From: Candidatus Sericytochromatia bacterium
GTDB lineage: Bacteria; Cyanobacteriota; Sericytochromatia; S15B-MN24; VGJW01
Length of the DNA: 64,000 bases
Direction of reading: 5' to 3'
Assembly (NCBI GenBank): GCA_035285865.1
Contig: JAYKHS010000007.1
Span: 45,240 to 109,239, forward strand
Below, piece after piece: positions 46,105 to 56,555 of this stretch. A program made the position numbers and the translations under genes. The notes beneath the pieces were generated by a model that saw only the letters and a list, made by a program, of their open reading frames with translations, was not told the origin of the DNA and searched no databases. How positions within the stretch are numbered: the first letter of the stretch is position 1; each line of letters begins with the position of its first letter.

Positions 46105-47811
46105 TCAGTCCCCCTCGTCCAGCAGCTCCATCGTCTCGTCCGGTTGCCCGTCCTCGTCGGTATCCACGTGGACCGTCATCGGGCCCGAGCCGTCCCACGC
46201 CGCATAGTCCAGCCAGAGCGTCGCGGTCTTGTCGAGCGAGTTCGTGAAGTTCCGGAAGACGTGGTCGCCCGAATCGTCGATCCGGTGCACCACCACGTCG
46301 AAGCCGGTCTCTCCCGTGACGCCGCGAGCCTCGACGCGCAGGCGCCCCTTGGCCTGTTCGATCTCCACCTCGACCTCATGCCCGTCGCTGTCGCCGCCGG
46401 CGATGACCGCGAAGGCGTAGTCCGCCTGCTCGGTCTGCAGACCCAGCGTCAGGAACGGGGTCTCCGAGGTGCGGGTCACGTAGCACAGACGCCGACCGTT
46501 GGCATGAAACTTCACCTGATCCTGCTGTCCGGGATCCAGACGGATGTCGTCCACGCTCATCTCGTAGCCGGGGCCGACCACCGTGATGCTCGAGTCCTCG
46601 TCGTCCGACAGGGTCCGGCCATCCAGCGTGACCGTGAGATCGCCCTGTCCGGGGACCAGGAACACCGGGGGCGTGTCCTGCCGCCAGAGGTCTCCGCCCT
46701 TGGGCGACATGACCTGGCTGCCCGGGAAAGTGTTCACGAACTGGCCGTCCGCGAAGCCGACCTGATGGCCGGCATCGTCCTCGACCAGCGCCCGACCCTT
46801 GCCATGGGTGAAAACCTGTCGCCCCCGGGCGGCCGGAGGCTGTTCGTCGGCGCCCAGGTCCTCGCAGAACGGGCACTCCTGCGTTTGCTGGCGCACCGAC
46901 AAGGGCGTCAGCGTCAGCGTGCCCGTGGTCGCGTCACCCTCATAGACGCTGTCCGGCTCGTCCGGATTCGTGGCCGCCATGTATGACCAGGTATTGGCGC
47001 CCGTATCGACCGTCACCCGGCGCTCCTGACCGGGATGGTTGTTGTCGTAGACCTGCACGTAGCGGAGCGCACCCGCACCCGCGGCGACGCCCCACGGCGT
47101 GATGGCGTGACCGGCCTGGTACCCCCGCTTGTAGATGCCCATCGTGTAGGCCTCGGCAGCACCGGCCCTGAAGCTGTCCAGCAGGGCGCGCATGACCTCG
47201 ACCGGCGTCAGGTCCTTGCGTTCGGCCGGCTGGGTCGGGCTGACGGCCTGCTGGGCAAACCAGTAGGCGATCTCACGCTGCAGCCCGGCATTGTTGGCGA
47301 ACGGCAAGGCGTAAGTGGTGTCGACGGCGCCAAAGTCCGCCGGACTGGCAAGCCCCTTGTGGAACATCAGGCTGAGCACGGCCATGCCTTCGCAATGCCC
47401 GCCGGACATGCTCTGGTTGGTCTCGTCCATCCACGACTGCGCAGCCGGCGTCAGCACGCAATCGTCCCCGTTACCCGAACCACAGACACCCGTCCCGAAC
47501 AGCCGCACCATCTCGGCCGCCGTCAGGTTGACCACGCCCGCCTCACCCCCGTAGTTCTCGAAACCGAAGCCGTCACGCCCCGGATCGAAGGCCAGGGCCC
47601 CCACCATCGGGTCGGGCGTCTTCCCCGGCGAGGCCGTCACGACGGGCGTCGGCGCGGGCGAAGCTGTCGGCTGGGCAGTTGCGGTCGGTGAGGCCGTGGG
47701 CGTTTCCGCCAAGGTGGCCAGCAAAGTCTGCGCCGCAGGTGTGCACGCGGCGAGGGCCAGGGTGGCCGCAACGGGTGCAAGGGCCGGAATCCATCGTTGA
47801 TGACGCTGCAT
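46105..47811 (-). CDS. lipoprotein with putative papain-like Cys-His-Asp domain
   Basis: Lipobox LAAC, Pro/Thr stalk, GF.FENY, GGHCEGMA, GHAITPW, VYDNN. Confidence 0.65.
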   Translation of the reverse strand: MQRHQRWIPALAPVAATLALAACTPAAQTLLATLAETPTASPTATAQPTASPAPTPVVTASPGKTPDPMVGALAFDPGRDGFGFENYGGEAGVVNLTAAEMVRLFGTGVCGSGNGDDCVLTPAAQSWMDETNQSMSGGHCEGMAVLSLMFHKGLASPADFGAVDTTYALPFANNAGLQREIAYWFAQQAVSPTQPAERKDLTPVEVMRALLDSFRAGAAEAYTMGIYKRGYQAGHAITPWGVAAGAGALRYVQVYDNNHPGQERRVTVDTGANTWSYMAATNPDEPDSVYEGDATTGTLTLTPLSVRQQTQECPFCEDLGADEQPPAARGRQVFTHGKGRALVEDDAGHQVGFADGQFVNTFPGSQVMSPKGGDLWRQDTPPVFLVPGQGDLTVTLDGRTLSDDEDSSITVVGPGYEMSVDDIRLDPGQQDQVKFHANGRRLCYVTRTSETPFLTLGLQTEQADYAFAVIAGGDSDGHEVEVEIEQAKGRLRVEARGVTGETGFDVVVHRIDDSGDHVFRNFTNSLDKTATLWLDYAAWDGSGPMTVHVDTDEDGQPDETMELLDEGD

Positions 47812-47864
47812 CGCCGAATGCTACGCCCCGGCGAGGATGCCTGTCCAACTCGGCCCAGCCGGCG

Positions 47865-49115
47865 TCAGGGAAGGGCTCCCCGAAGCACCCGCGGATAGGG
47901 CCCCCCGGGCCCGGTCCAGGCGCGCACGTCCTCGCGCTGGGCCAATCGCGCCGCCACGACGAGCGTGCCATCCGTCTGGACGACCACCCAGCGCTCGCCG
48001 ACCTCCCGCGCGAGCAGCCACGAGCGGCCACTGACCGCCACGACATCCGGGGCATCCACCGCAGTAGCCAGATCATCCAGCCGGACACCGGGGGCCTCCA
48101 TGCGAATGCGCCGCCAGCCATAGCCCCCGCCCGACGCAGACGGTGCCACGCCCAGCCTCAGGACCAGCAAGTCGCCGATACCTGCGAACCCCGGGCGCAT
48201 CGCGGCGACGTAGCGATCTCCGGCGGGCAGCGCCGGCAGCATGGCGACAGGCGGCGGGGCGGACGGGGTCGGGGCCGCCACCGATCGAGGCTGGACGGTC
48301 GGACGCGGCAGGCGCGCCTTCCGTGCGGAACCGGAGAGGGAAATGTAGGCAATCTCGCCGGGAGCGGGCGAGGCCGTGGGCCGGGGCCTGGGCGAGGCCA
48401 GCGGTCGCGGTGGGGCAGGCGAGGCCACGGCCGTCGGCACGGGGCGGGGTGCGGGCGTTGCCGTCGGTCTGACGACAGGTGGACGAGGGACTGCAGTGGC
48501 AGCCGGGGCAGGGGTACGCGGGACAGCCGCCACGAGCGGCGTCGCGGAGCGGGCCAAGACCGCACCGGAACCGGTGGCAGCCGCCTGGCCCGACGATGCG
48601 GGGCCCGTTGCTGACCGAGCCGGACGCGCCGGCAGGGGCGGAACCAACGCTCCTGTCCGCTCGAAGGCCACCTGCGTCGCCTCGGAGCCCGGCGCATCCA
48701 GGAGAATGGCCGCCTGCCGGTACGGACTGCGCGCCTCGCCAATCACGAGCAAGCCGGGCCTCGTGCCCTTGGGCAGGAAGAATGAGACCTCCCACGACCC
48801 CGTCGCGAGGGGTGACAACTGTCGGAAGTCGGTCGAGGGCGCCTGACGATTGCGGGGGGGCAAATAGGTATACGTCTGGGGGTCCCGCTCCTCCGGTGCG
48901 TGATGCACGAACAGCCTGTCGCCTTCCGAAAGGTTTTCGACCTCGAGCCTTACGACGAGCCGATCTCCTTCTCGGGTCATCTCGATCAGAGTCGCGCCGA
49001 CGGCATCGTTGCCGAACGAACGCCAGACACCGGCGGCCCAAGCGGGAGCCGCGACCAGGGCAGGAAGCAGCAGCCCGATCGCGAGGCCCCGTCGACGCCA
49101 CGCCATGCCACGCAT
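47865..49115 (-). CDS. hypothetical secreted Pro/Ala-rich protein
   Basis: Signal peptide ending APAWA, Ig-like N-domain, long Pro-rich linker; start 49115 or 49106. Confidence 0.55.
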   Translation of the reverse strand: MRGMAWRRRGLAIGLLLPALVAAPAWAAGVWRSFGNDAVGATLIEMTREGDRLVVRLEVENLSEGDRLFVHHAPEERDPQTYTYLPPRNRQAPSTDFRQLSPLATGSWEVSFFLPKGTRPGLLVIGEARSPYRQAAILLDAPGSEATQVAFERTGALVPPLPARPARSATGPASSGQAAATGSGAVLARSATPLVAAVPRTPAPAATAVPRPPVVRPTATPAPRPVPTAVASPAPPRPLASPRPRPTASPAPGEIAYISLSGSARKARLPRPTVQPRSVAAPTPSAPPPVAMLPALPAGDRYVAAMRPGFAGIGDLLVLRLGVAPSASGGGYGWRRIRMEAPGVRLDDLATAVDAPDVVAVSGRSWLLAREVGERWVVVQTDGTLVVAARLAQREDVRAWTGPGGPYPRVLRGALP

Positions 49116-49210
49116 CCTGACATGCCCACGACCCCGGACGCCGTGACGACGGTCCATGTCGTGCAGGCACCCCTTCCAACGGCTACGCCTCGGCCCCTAC
49201 AATACCGGAC

Positions 49211-49993
49211 ATGGACGAGACCCTCTCCGTCGCCCTCGCCGCCGCGAATGCAGCAGGGGCCTTGCACCTCGAGGGCCTTGGCCGGGTCCGGCAGGTCCGC
49301 ACCAAGGCCCATAACGATCTGGTCACGGATGTGGATGTCGCGGCCGAGGCCGCCATCAAGGCCATCATCCGCGAGGCCTTCCCGGACCACGCCATCGTCG
49401 GCGAGGAGAGCGGCGGCACTCTCGTGGACGGTCCCTGCTGGGTCATCGACCCGCTCGACGGCACGACCAACTACGCGCACGGCTTCCCGTTCTTTGCCGT
49501 GTCGATCGCCCTGTGCAAGGACCGGCAACCGGTGCTGGGCGTCATCCACCAGGCGACCAGCACCGAGACCTTCTGGGCCCTTTCTGGCCGCGGGGCCTTC
49601 CTGAACGGCCAGCCCATCCGCGTCAGCACGGTGCCCGAGCCGTCGGGGGCCCTCGTCGCGACGGGCTTCGCTCCAGACGTGGGGCGCGACCCCAAGAACA
49701 CCGCCGAGTTCCTCGCGGCCCTGAAACAGGTCCAGGCCGTCCGGCGTCCCGGATCGGCCGCGATTGACCTCGCGGCCGTCGCCTGCGGGCGCTTCGATGC
49801 CTTCTGGGAATACGGCCTCGCAGCGTGGGACGTGGCAGCCGGCGCCCTGCTCGTCACCGAGGCCGGCGGACTCGTCACGGCCGTCGATGGTGGCCCCTTT
49901 GCCCTCGACGCCCGCACGATCCTCGCCAGCAACGGCCTGCTCCACGAGACCTTCCGCGAGGTTCTGGCAGGCAGGACCGAGGCGCGCCCTTGA
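49211..49993 (+). CDS. suhB: inositol monophosphatase family
   Basis: DLVTDVD, GEE, WVIDPLDGTTNYAHG, GSAAIDL, WDVAAG. Confidence 0.95.
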   Translation: MDETLSVALAAANAAGALHLEGLGRVRQVRTKAHNDLVTDVDVAAEAAIKAIIREAFPDHAIVGEESGGTLVDGPCWVIDPLDGTTNYAHGFPFFAVSIALCKDRQPVLGVIHQATSTETFWALSGRGAFLNGQPIRVSTVPEPSGALVATGFAPDVGRDPKNTAEFLAALKQVQAVRRPGSAAIDLAAVACGRFDAFWEYGLAAWDVAAGALLVTEAGGLVTAVDGGPFALDARTILASNGLLHETFREVLAGRTEARP

Positions 49994-50004
49994 AGAGCCG
50001 ATCG

Positions 50005-52176
50005 ATGAAGAGGCGCAAACCCGTCGACCGAAAGTCCCGGGCCTTTCCCGTGGGCTGGGTGGCCGGTCTGCTGATCGTCGCGGGTCTCGGCGCGGGCGCA
50101 GCGACCTTGCGAGCGCAGGCGGGCACCGGCATCTCGGGCCATCCGGCATCCGCCGGGGCGACACCCGTGGTCCCGACCGACCCCGAGGATGCCTTGGTCG
50201 CCTTCCATGCCGCCCGACGCGACCTCACCGAGGGCGACCCGAGCGGGGGCGCTTCCGTGGCGGGCGCTTCCCCGGCACGCGTGCGCCTCGAAGGCCTTGC
50301 CGAACGGGCACCGGGTCGTGCCCGGACACTGGCGCGCATCCTGCTCTCGGACCTCGATCGACAGACCGGAACGGCCGGGGCCGCAAGGTGGCTGGAGCAA
50401 GCTTCCCGCGAGGGACCCGACCTCGAGGCCTGGTCTGCCGTCGTTGCCGGTGGCGCCACGCTCGAGGCCAAGGCGCGGAGCATCCCTGCGGATGATCCCC
50501 TCGCCACGCTGGTATGGCTCGAGGCTGCGCGGTCCCTCAAGACTGTACCTGCGGCCGACCGCCTCGGGTGGCTGAAGCGCGCCGCGGCGAGCGGTCCGGG
50601 TGATCTGGCGGGTGCCACGCTCGCCCTGCGGTTGGAACTCGGGGATCCGGACGCGCTGGATGAGGCCCTCGGCCGACGGGACCTCGCCAGCCAATGGGTG
50701 CCGAAACTGAGGGCGATGGCCCCCGCCAGCCGTTCCCCGGAGGCCCGCATGCGGGTAGCGGGTGCGCTCATGGATCAGGGCCAATACGGACCAGCGGCAC
50801 GCTGGCTGGAAGGCCTGCCCGATGCCCTCGCCCGCTATCGACTCGCGCGGTGCGCCTGGAAGACCGGGGACCTCGCCCGTGCGCGCCGTGGCCTCGACGA
50901 AGCCCGGCGCCTCGACCCGTACCTCGCCCCCCGAGTCCGGATGACCGAGGCCGAAATCCGGGCCTCGGAAGGCAAGGGCGACGAAGCGGTCCGACTGGTC
51001 CGGGAACTGGCCCGGGGTTCGGGCAAGACCGCCCGGTACGCGCTGGTCTTCCTGCTGAAGGCGCATCTTCGGGCCGACCGGCTGGACGAGGCGGCGGCCG
51101 TCGACGCCGAGATGATCCGGCGATTCCCCGACGACGACGTGGCAGATGACGCCCGCTGGCGGTCGTTGTGGCGCGCCCACGACGCGGGACGAATCGCAGA
51201 CGCCCGCCGCTGGGCCTCCGCGCTCGCGGCCCGGAGTGGCGGCTACCGTCCCCCTGCGACCTTCTGGCTGGGCCGCATGGCCGAGGACGCGGGAGACGCC
51301 GCCGCGGCGCGGCGCCACTACTCCGAGGTGGCCCGACTCACCCCGACCGGCTATTACGGCTGGAGGGGCCGCATGAGGGGCCTCGCGCTCGACGGCGGCA
51401 CGGACCCCGGCTTCCGGATGCTGCCCGGAGACCTGCGCGAGCCGGCAGACCCTCTTTCTTCGTGGGTGCCTGCCACCGGATCGCTGCCCGCCCCATCCGG
51501 GCCGGATACCCGGGCACCTGCCGGCTGGGCGCCCGCCGTGCGCCTGCTCGCGGCGGCCGGCGTCTATCCCCCCGGCCTGCTGCCCGAGGGTCAGGCACGC
51601 ATCGGCCTGGCCTATGCCCGTGGCCAGTGGGCCGAAGGGGCATCGTGGGCCAAGGACGACCCGGCGAGCGGCTTCCCGCTTGCCTACGCCGCACCGCTGT
51701 TCCGCGCCGCCGGCCGCGAAGGCCTGGACCCGCTGTACTTGCTGGCTTTGGTCAAGCAGGAGAGTGCCTTCGATCCGCTATCCCGCTCTTGGGTCGGGGC
51801 GATGGGCCTCGCGCAGCTCATGCCCTTTACCGCCGAGTGGGTCGGCAAGCAGTTGCCGGGACCACCGCGGCCGCTCACGGACCCGGACTGGAACCTGCAG
51901 CTGGGTGCCTGGTACCTGGCGCATGCCGGTCGGGAAATGACGGGGGACCGCATCCTGCAGACGGCCGCCTACAACGCCGGCATCGGAGCCGCCAAGCGCT
52001 GGCGCGGCATGCTGCCCAAGGATGCCGAGGTCCGCATCGAGCACATCCCCTACAAGGAGACCCGCCACTACGTGAAAAAGGTCTTCGGGTACTACTGGAC
52101 CTACGCAGCCCGGTACAGGATGCCCGACCTCGCTTCGTGGCCCCGCCAGGAAGGCACGTCCGAAGCCAGCCGCTGA
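50005..52176 (+). CDS. slt: soluble lytic murein transglycosylase (TPR plus SLT)
   Basis: TPR-like helices, YYGWR, KQESAF, GAMGLAQLMP, AAYNAG, IPYKETRHYVKKV. Confidence 0.9.
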   Translation: MKRRKPVDRKSRAFPVGWVAGLLIVAGLGAGAATLRAQAGTGISGHPASAGATPVVPTDPEDALVAFHAARRDLTEGDPSGGASVAGASPARVRLEGLAERAPGRARTLARILLSDLDRQTGTAGAARWLEQASREGPDLEAWSAVVAGGATLEAKARSIPADDPLATLVWLEAARSLKTVPAADRLGWLKRAAASGPGDLAGATLALRLELGDPDALDEALGRRDLASQWVPKLRAMAPASRSPEARMRVAGALMDQGQYGPAARWLEGLPDALARYRLARCAWKTGDLARARRGLDEARRLDPYLAPRVRMTEAEIRASEGKGDEAVRLVRELARGSGKTARYALVFLLKAHLRADRLDEAAAVDAEMIRRFPDDDVADDARWRSLWRAHDAGRIADARRWASALAARSGGYRPPATFWLGRMAEDAGDAAAARRHYSEVARLTPTGYYGWRGRMRGLALDGGTDPGFRMLPGDLREPADPLSSWVPATGSLPAPSGPDTRAPAGWAPAVRLLAAAGVYPPGLLPEGQARIGLAYARGQWAEGASWAKDDPASGFPLAYAAPLFRAAGREGLDPLYLLALVKQESAFDPLSRSWVGAMGLAQLMPFTAEWVGKQLPGPPRPLTDPDWNLQLGAWYLAHAGREMTGDRILQTAAYNAGIGAAKRWRGMLPKDAEVRIEHIPYKETRHYVKKVFGYYWTYAARYRMPDLASWPRQEGTSEASR

Positions 52177-52224
52177 GCTTTCCGGACGGTTGCCCGCAAG
52201 CGCCGGAACCAGTATCCTTGCGCC

Positions 52225-55128
52225 ATGTTGTCCGCTGCGACACGCGCCCGCCTCGGCGTTTCCGCGGGTCCCGACGTGGCCCGCCGCTGGGACCGTGCGC
52301 TTGCCGATCATCCCGCCCTCCTGGGGCGTATGACGACGGCCGAGCGCCTGTTCCTGTCTGAGAAGTTCGTCGCGGCTGCCCTCGAACTGTCGGACATCCC
52401 CGAGGCCGAGGTCGCCGACGCCTGGCTCGCGACCCCGGAAGTGGCCGCTTTGCAGCACCTGGTCTCGGACTGGCGGGATCGCCTGCCCATCGACCACTTC
52501 CACCTCGCCGTCTCGACGTTGCAGTTCGCCGTCCGGACCCACGTCGCCGAGGATGCCGCGACCCAGCCCGAAGAGGCGCTCTCGCTCTACGAGGCCATCA
52601 ACCGCATCCTCGATGCCGTCATGCGGGAGACAGCCCAGGAGTGGGCCTTCCAGCAATCCGAAATCCGCCGCCTGAAACTGGAACTCGAAGGCCTCTACCG
52701 TATCGCCGATGCCGCGACCGGCGACATCGAAGCCTCGGGCCTGCTCGAAGTGGTGGCCCGCGAGGTCGCCACGGCCCTCTCCGCCGATCTGGTCGCCATC
52801 CTCGTGCCCGACACGGACGACGAGGAACCGGACACGGCCAGCGTGACGACCCTCGCCATCCGCGCGATGAAGGCACCCGAGGGCATGGATCGCCTGCTCG
52901 CCGGGATGACCTTCCGGCTGGCGGACGGTGGCGCTCTGGCCGAGGCGTGGAAGTCCGGCAACCTGGTCGTCAGCACGACACCGGCGACAGACCTCCATGT
53001 CACCCTGCGGCGACGCCAGACGCTGGAAACCTTGGGCTTCCATCACATGCTGGTGGCCCCCCTGCGCATGCAGAACGAAGTGCTGGGCCTCGCCTTCGTG
53101 GCGAACAACGCACCCGAGCGCACCTTCGATTCCGAGGCACGGCACCTCATCGGCACCATGGGAGCCCAGGCTGCCTCCGCCATGCGCAACGTGTCGCTCA
53201 TCGCCCGCAACCGCGCCCTGTCCCGCGACCTGGTCTTCGCGCTGTCGCAGGCGCTCGATGCCCGGGACTCATACACGCACAACCACTCGGCCAACGTCGC
53301 GACGCTGGGCCGCCGCATCGCCGAGGAAATGGGCCTGTCCACGCAGGAGTGCGAGGACATCTACATCGCGGGCCTGTTGCATGACATCGGCAAGATCGGC
53401 ATCGCGGACTCGGTGCTGCACAAGCCGGGTCCACTGAACCGTGCCGAGCGGCAGTTGATGATGCTGCACCCCGTCAAGGGCGCGGACATCCTCGGGCCCG
53501 TCCGGGGCCTGGGCCACCTCGTGCCCTGCGTCCGCCACCACCACGAGCGCTGGGATGGCAACGGCTATCCGGCCGGACTCAAGGGCGACGAGATTCCGCT
53601 GGGCGGGCGCATCCTCGCCATGGCCGACGCCTACGACGTCATGAACAACCACCGCGTCTATCGCCGCAGCAGGAGTCCCGAGGAGATCCTGCGCGAGATC
53701 AAGGCGATGAGCGGCAAGCAGTTCGACCCTCGTGTCGTCGAGGTCATGCTGCGGCTTGTCGAGCAGGAGGGCATCACCAACCTGACGCCGAACTCCGGGT
53801 CGGTCATGCCCGAGGAAGGCACCTACTACCCCGTCCGGGGCAACGAGATCGAGGGCGAGCATGACCTGTTGCCCGTCAACCGCCTGCTGGAGCAGATGAC
53901 CCGCTTGGGCGCCCCGGACATCCGCCTCGAAAGCCGGGGCAACGCTGCCGACACGCCCGACGATCCGTGGCGAAGGGTGCCCCTGACGCTCGGGCGCGCC
54001 TCCATCGGCGAGATGTGCGTGCCCCGCCAATTGGACAGCGCGACCGTCGAGGAGCTGACGCATTCGGTGCAGGACCTGGTGGGTCGCCACGGCAGTCTCG
54101 AGACGCAGCTCCGGCAGTTCCGCGAGCTGGCGGCGGTCTCGGCGCGCATGAACTCGGCCAGCTCGGCCGAGCAGGTGCTGCAGTACGCCGTAGAAGCCGC
54201 CAAGAAGCTGGTTGGGGCCGACACCGCCGCCTTTTGGGAGGCGCGCGACGAGCACCACCTGCAGTGTGCGGCCGCCGTCGGCAAGAGTCGCTGGTCATGG
54301 CAGGGCACGGTGCCCCTCGGCCACGACGGGGGGATCGAGGCCTACGTCGCCTACCGCCGCATCACGACGGCCGTCGTCGACTACCTGACGGAAGACCGCT
54401 TCAAGGTGCCGTCGTGGGTGCAGGAGGACGGCATTCGCTCCGCATTGGCCACCCCCGTCGAGCTGGGCCTTCGGCTCATCGGCATCCTGTCGGTCATGAC
54501 CTACGAAGAGACGGCGTTCTCGAACGAGGAGATCGAGTTGCTGAACGCGCTGGGTCACGCGACGGCCTCAGCCTACGAGAACGCGAGGCTGCGCAACCAG
54601 GCCCGACATCTTGAAGCCAGCGACCCACTGACGGGCTGGCTGAACCACCGTGGCCTGCAGGAACGCCTCGCCCGAGAAGCAGCCCAGGCCTTGGACCGCA
54701 ATGCCGTGCTCGCGTGCGTGCTCTTTGACGTCGACCACTTCGCGGGCCTGAATCTCCAGCACGGCTTTGCCGTCGGCGACGAGCTGCTGCGTCAGGTCAC
54801 GGGCATCGCCGCGCACCACGCCCCGCCCAAGGCCGTGCTGGGCCGGGTCGGCGGTGTCGAGTTCGCCATGGTGCTGCAGGGGGCCAATCGCTCCGAAGTC
54901 TTCGATGCAGCCGACAAGCTGGCGGATGCCTTCCGGCAGTCCATCGCCACCAGCCACTTCCCCGGACCGCAGTCGTCGGCCGTCCGGCTGACCATCTCGC
55001 TCGGCATCGCCGTATGGCCCGACTGCGGGGCAGACATCCAGTCCCTGCTGCTGGCTGCCCGTTCGGCCATGCGCCAGGCCAAGGCCAGCGGCCGCAACCA
55101 GACAGCGCGCTGGCAACCCCGGAACTGA
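52225..55128 (+). CDS. GAF / HD-GYP / GAF / GGDEF c-di-GMP signalling protein
   Basis: YTHNHS, LLHDIGK, HHHERWDGNGYP, ADAYD, QFDP; DPLTG, DVDHF, RVGGVEF (degenerate), SLG, AKASGRN. Confidence 0.9.
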   Translation: MLSAATRARLGVSAGPDVARRWDRALADHPALLGRMTTAERLFLSEKFVAAALELSDIPEAEVADAWLATPEVAALQHLVSDWRDRLPIDHFHLAVSTLQFAVRTHVAEDAATQPEEALSLYEAINRILDAVMRETAQEWAFQQSEIRRLKLELEGLYRIADAATGDIEASGLLEVVAREVATALSADLVAILVPDTDDEEPDTASVTTLAIRAMKAPEGMDRLLAGMTFRLADGGALAEAWKSGNLVVSTTPATDLHVTLRRRQTLETLGFHHMLVAPLRMQNEVLGLAFVANNAPERTFDSEARHLIGTMGAQAASAMRNVSLIARNRALSRDLVFALSQALDARDSYTHNHSANVATLGRRIAEEMGLSTQECEDIYIAGLLHDIGKIGIADSVLHKPGPLNRAERQLMMLHPVKGADILGPVRGLGHLVPCVRHHHERWDGNGYPAGLKGDEIPLGGRILAMADAYDVMNNHRVYRRSRSPEEILREIKAMSGKQFDPRVVEVMLRLVEQEGITNLTPNSGSVMPEEGTYYPVRGNEIEGEHDLLPVNRLLEQMTRLGAPDIRLESRGNAADTPDDPWRRVPLTLGRASIGEMCVPRQLDSATVEELTHSVQDLVGRHGSLETQLRQFRELAAVSARMNSASSAEQVLQYAVEAAKKLVGADTAAFWEARDEHHLQCAAAVGKSRWSWQGTVPLGHDGGIEAYVAYRRITTAVVDYLTEDRFKVPSWVQEDGIRSALATPVELGLRLIGILSVMTYEETAFSNEEIELLNALGHATASAYENARLRNQARHLEASDPLTGWLNHRGLQERLAREAAQALDRNAVLACVLFDVDHFAGLNLQHGFAVGDELLRQVTGIAAHHAPPKAVLGRVGGVEFAMVLQGANRSEVFDAADKLADAFRQSIATSHFPGPQSSAVRLTISLGIAVWPDCGADIQSLLLAARSAMRQAKASGRNQTARWQPRN

Positions 55129-55135
55129 GGGCCTC

Positions 55136-56110
55136 ATGTCCATCCCGCAGGTCGATCTGCATCTCCATCTGGACGGCGCTCTCCGGCCCGCAACCATCGT
55201 CGCGTTGGCGGAACCGCTGGGTCTCGACGGCGCGGCCATCCTTGACGGCCTTGCCGCCATCGGCGCCGGCAGGCTCGATGCCTACCTCGCCCACTTCGAT
55301 GCGGTGCTGCCCCTGCTGCAGACCCCGGAAGCGCTCGCCCGCGTGGCGGAGGAAGCCGTCCTCGATGCCGCTGAACAGGGGCTGGGCCACGTCGAGATCC
55401 GCATCTGCCCCTGGCAACACCTGAAAGGCAACCTCACGCTGGAACGGGCAACCCGAGCCATCCTCGAAGGCCTCGATGCCGGCAGCCGCAAGTCGGGCAT
55501 CCCGGCCCCGATGATCGTCTGCCTGCTCCACGGGATGTCCGAACAGGAGGCCGAGGATCTCGCGACGCTCGCGGTGCGCCTGCGTCCGGAAGGCGTTGCC
55601 GGCCTCGACCTCGCCGGGAACGAGGGCGGGGGCTTCCGCATCGAGTCGTTCCGCCGTGCCTTCTCCATTGCCGCCGAGGGTGGCCTGCGCCGCACGGTGC
55701 ACGCCGGCGAGGCGGGACCGGGCCTGCACGTCCGCCGCGCCATCCTCGAACTGGGCGCCGAGCGTATCGGCCACGGCACCGCCATTCTCGAGGACGAGGA
55801 GGCCATCGCGCTCGCCCGGGACCGGGGGGTGCTGCTCGAGTGCTGCCTGTCCAGCAACCTGCACACGGGTGCCATCGCCCGCCTCGAGGACCACCCCTTG
55901 CGCGCCATGATGGAGCGCGGCCTGAAAGTCTCCCTGAACACCGACAACCCGACCCTTTCACGCACCACCCTGGCCCGCGAATGGGAGCTCGCACGCACCC
56001 ACCTGGGCCTGACCGAAGACGAGGAAACCCGGATTCGGCAGTGGGCGTGGGACGCGCGCTTCCAGGCCGCGCCCCGCCTGCACCGGACCGGTCCCCTGAA
56101 GGAGGCCTGA
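55136..56110 (+). CDS. add: adenosine deaminase
   Basis: [37 protein letters not shown]. Confidence 0.9.
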   Translation: MSIPQVDLHLHLDGALRPATIVALAEPLGLDGAAILDGLAAIGAGRLDAYLAHFDAVLPLLQTPEALARVAEEAVLDAAEQGLGHVEIRICPWQHLKGNLTLERATRAILEGLDAGSRKSGIPAPMIVCLLHGMSEQEAEDLATLAVRLRPEGVAGLDLAGNEGGGFRIESFRRAFSIAAEGGLRRTVHAGEAGPGLHVRRAILELGAERIGHGTAILEDEEAIALARDRGVLLECCLSSNLHTGAIARLEDHPLRAMMERGLKVSLNTDNPTLSRTTLAREWELARTHLGLTEDEETRIRQWAWDARFQAAPRLHRTGPLKEA

Positions 56111-56112
56111 AG

Positions 56113-56532
56113 ATGGAACGGTTGATCCTGAGCGATGCGCAGTGGCGGGCCCGGCTGACACCCGAGCAGTACGACGTGCTGCGGCATGCCGGCACGGAAC
56201 GCCCCCACACCGGCTGTTTCGTGGGCACCAAGACCCCCGGTACCTACGTCTGTGCCGGCTGCGGCAATCCGTTGTTCCCGAGCGGCACCAAGTTCGAGTC
56301 CGGCACGGGCTGGCCGTCTTTCACCCAGCCGGTTTCGGATGATGCGCTCGCCACCGTCGAGGACCGCAGCCACGGGATGGTGCGCACCGAGGTGCGCTGT
56401 GCCCGCTGCGACGGCCATCTGGGCCATGTCTTCCCGGACGGTCCGCCGCCCACGGGCCTGCGCTACTGCATGAACTCGGTGGCGATGAATCACGTGCCCG
56501 AAGGCGCCCCGCTGACCCTGGCCCAGCCCTGA
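56113..56532 (+). CDS. msrB: peptide-methionine (R)-S-oxide reductase
   Basis: [45 protein letters not shown]; GGAGG upstream. Confidence 0.97.
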   Translation: MERLILSDAQWRARLTPEQYDVLRHAGTERPHTGCFVGTKTPGTYVCAGCGNPLFPSGTKFESGTGWPSFTQPVSDDALATVEDRSHGMVRTEVRCARCDGHLGHVFPDGPPPTGLRYCMNSVAMNHVPEGAPLTLAQP

Positions 56533-56555
56533 ACCACCCGGTCGAGATCCCGAAC

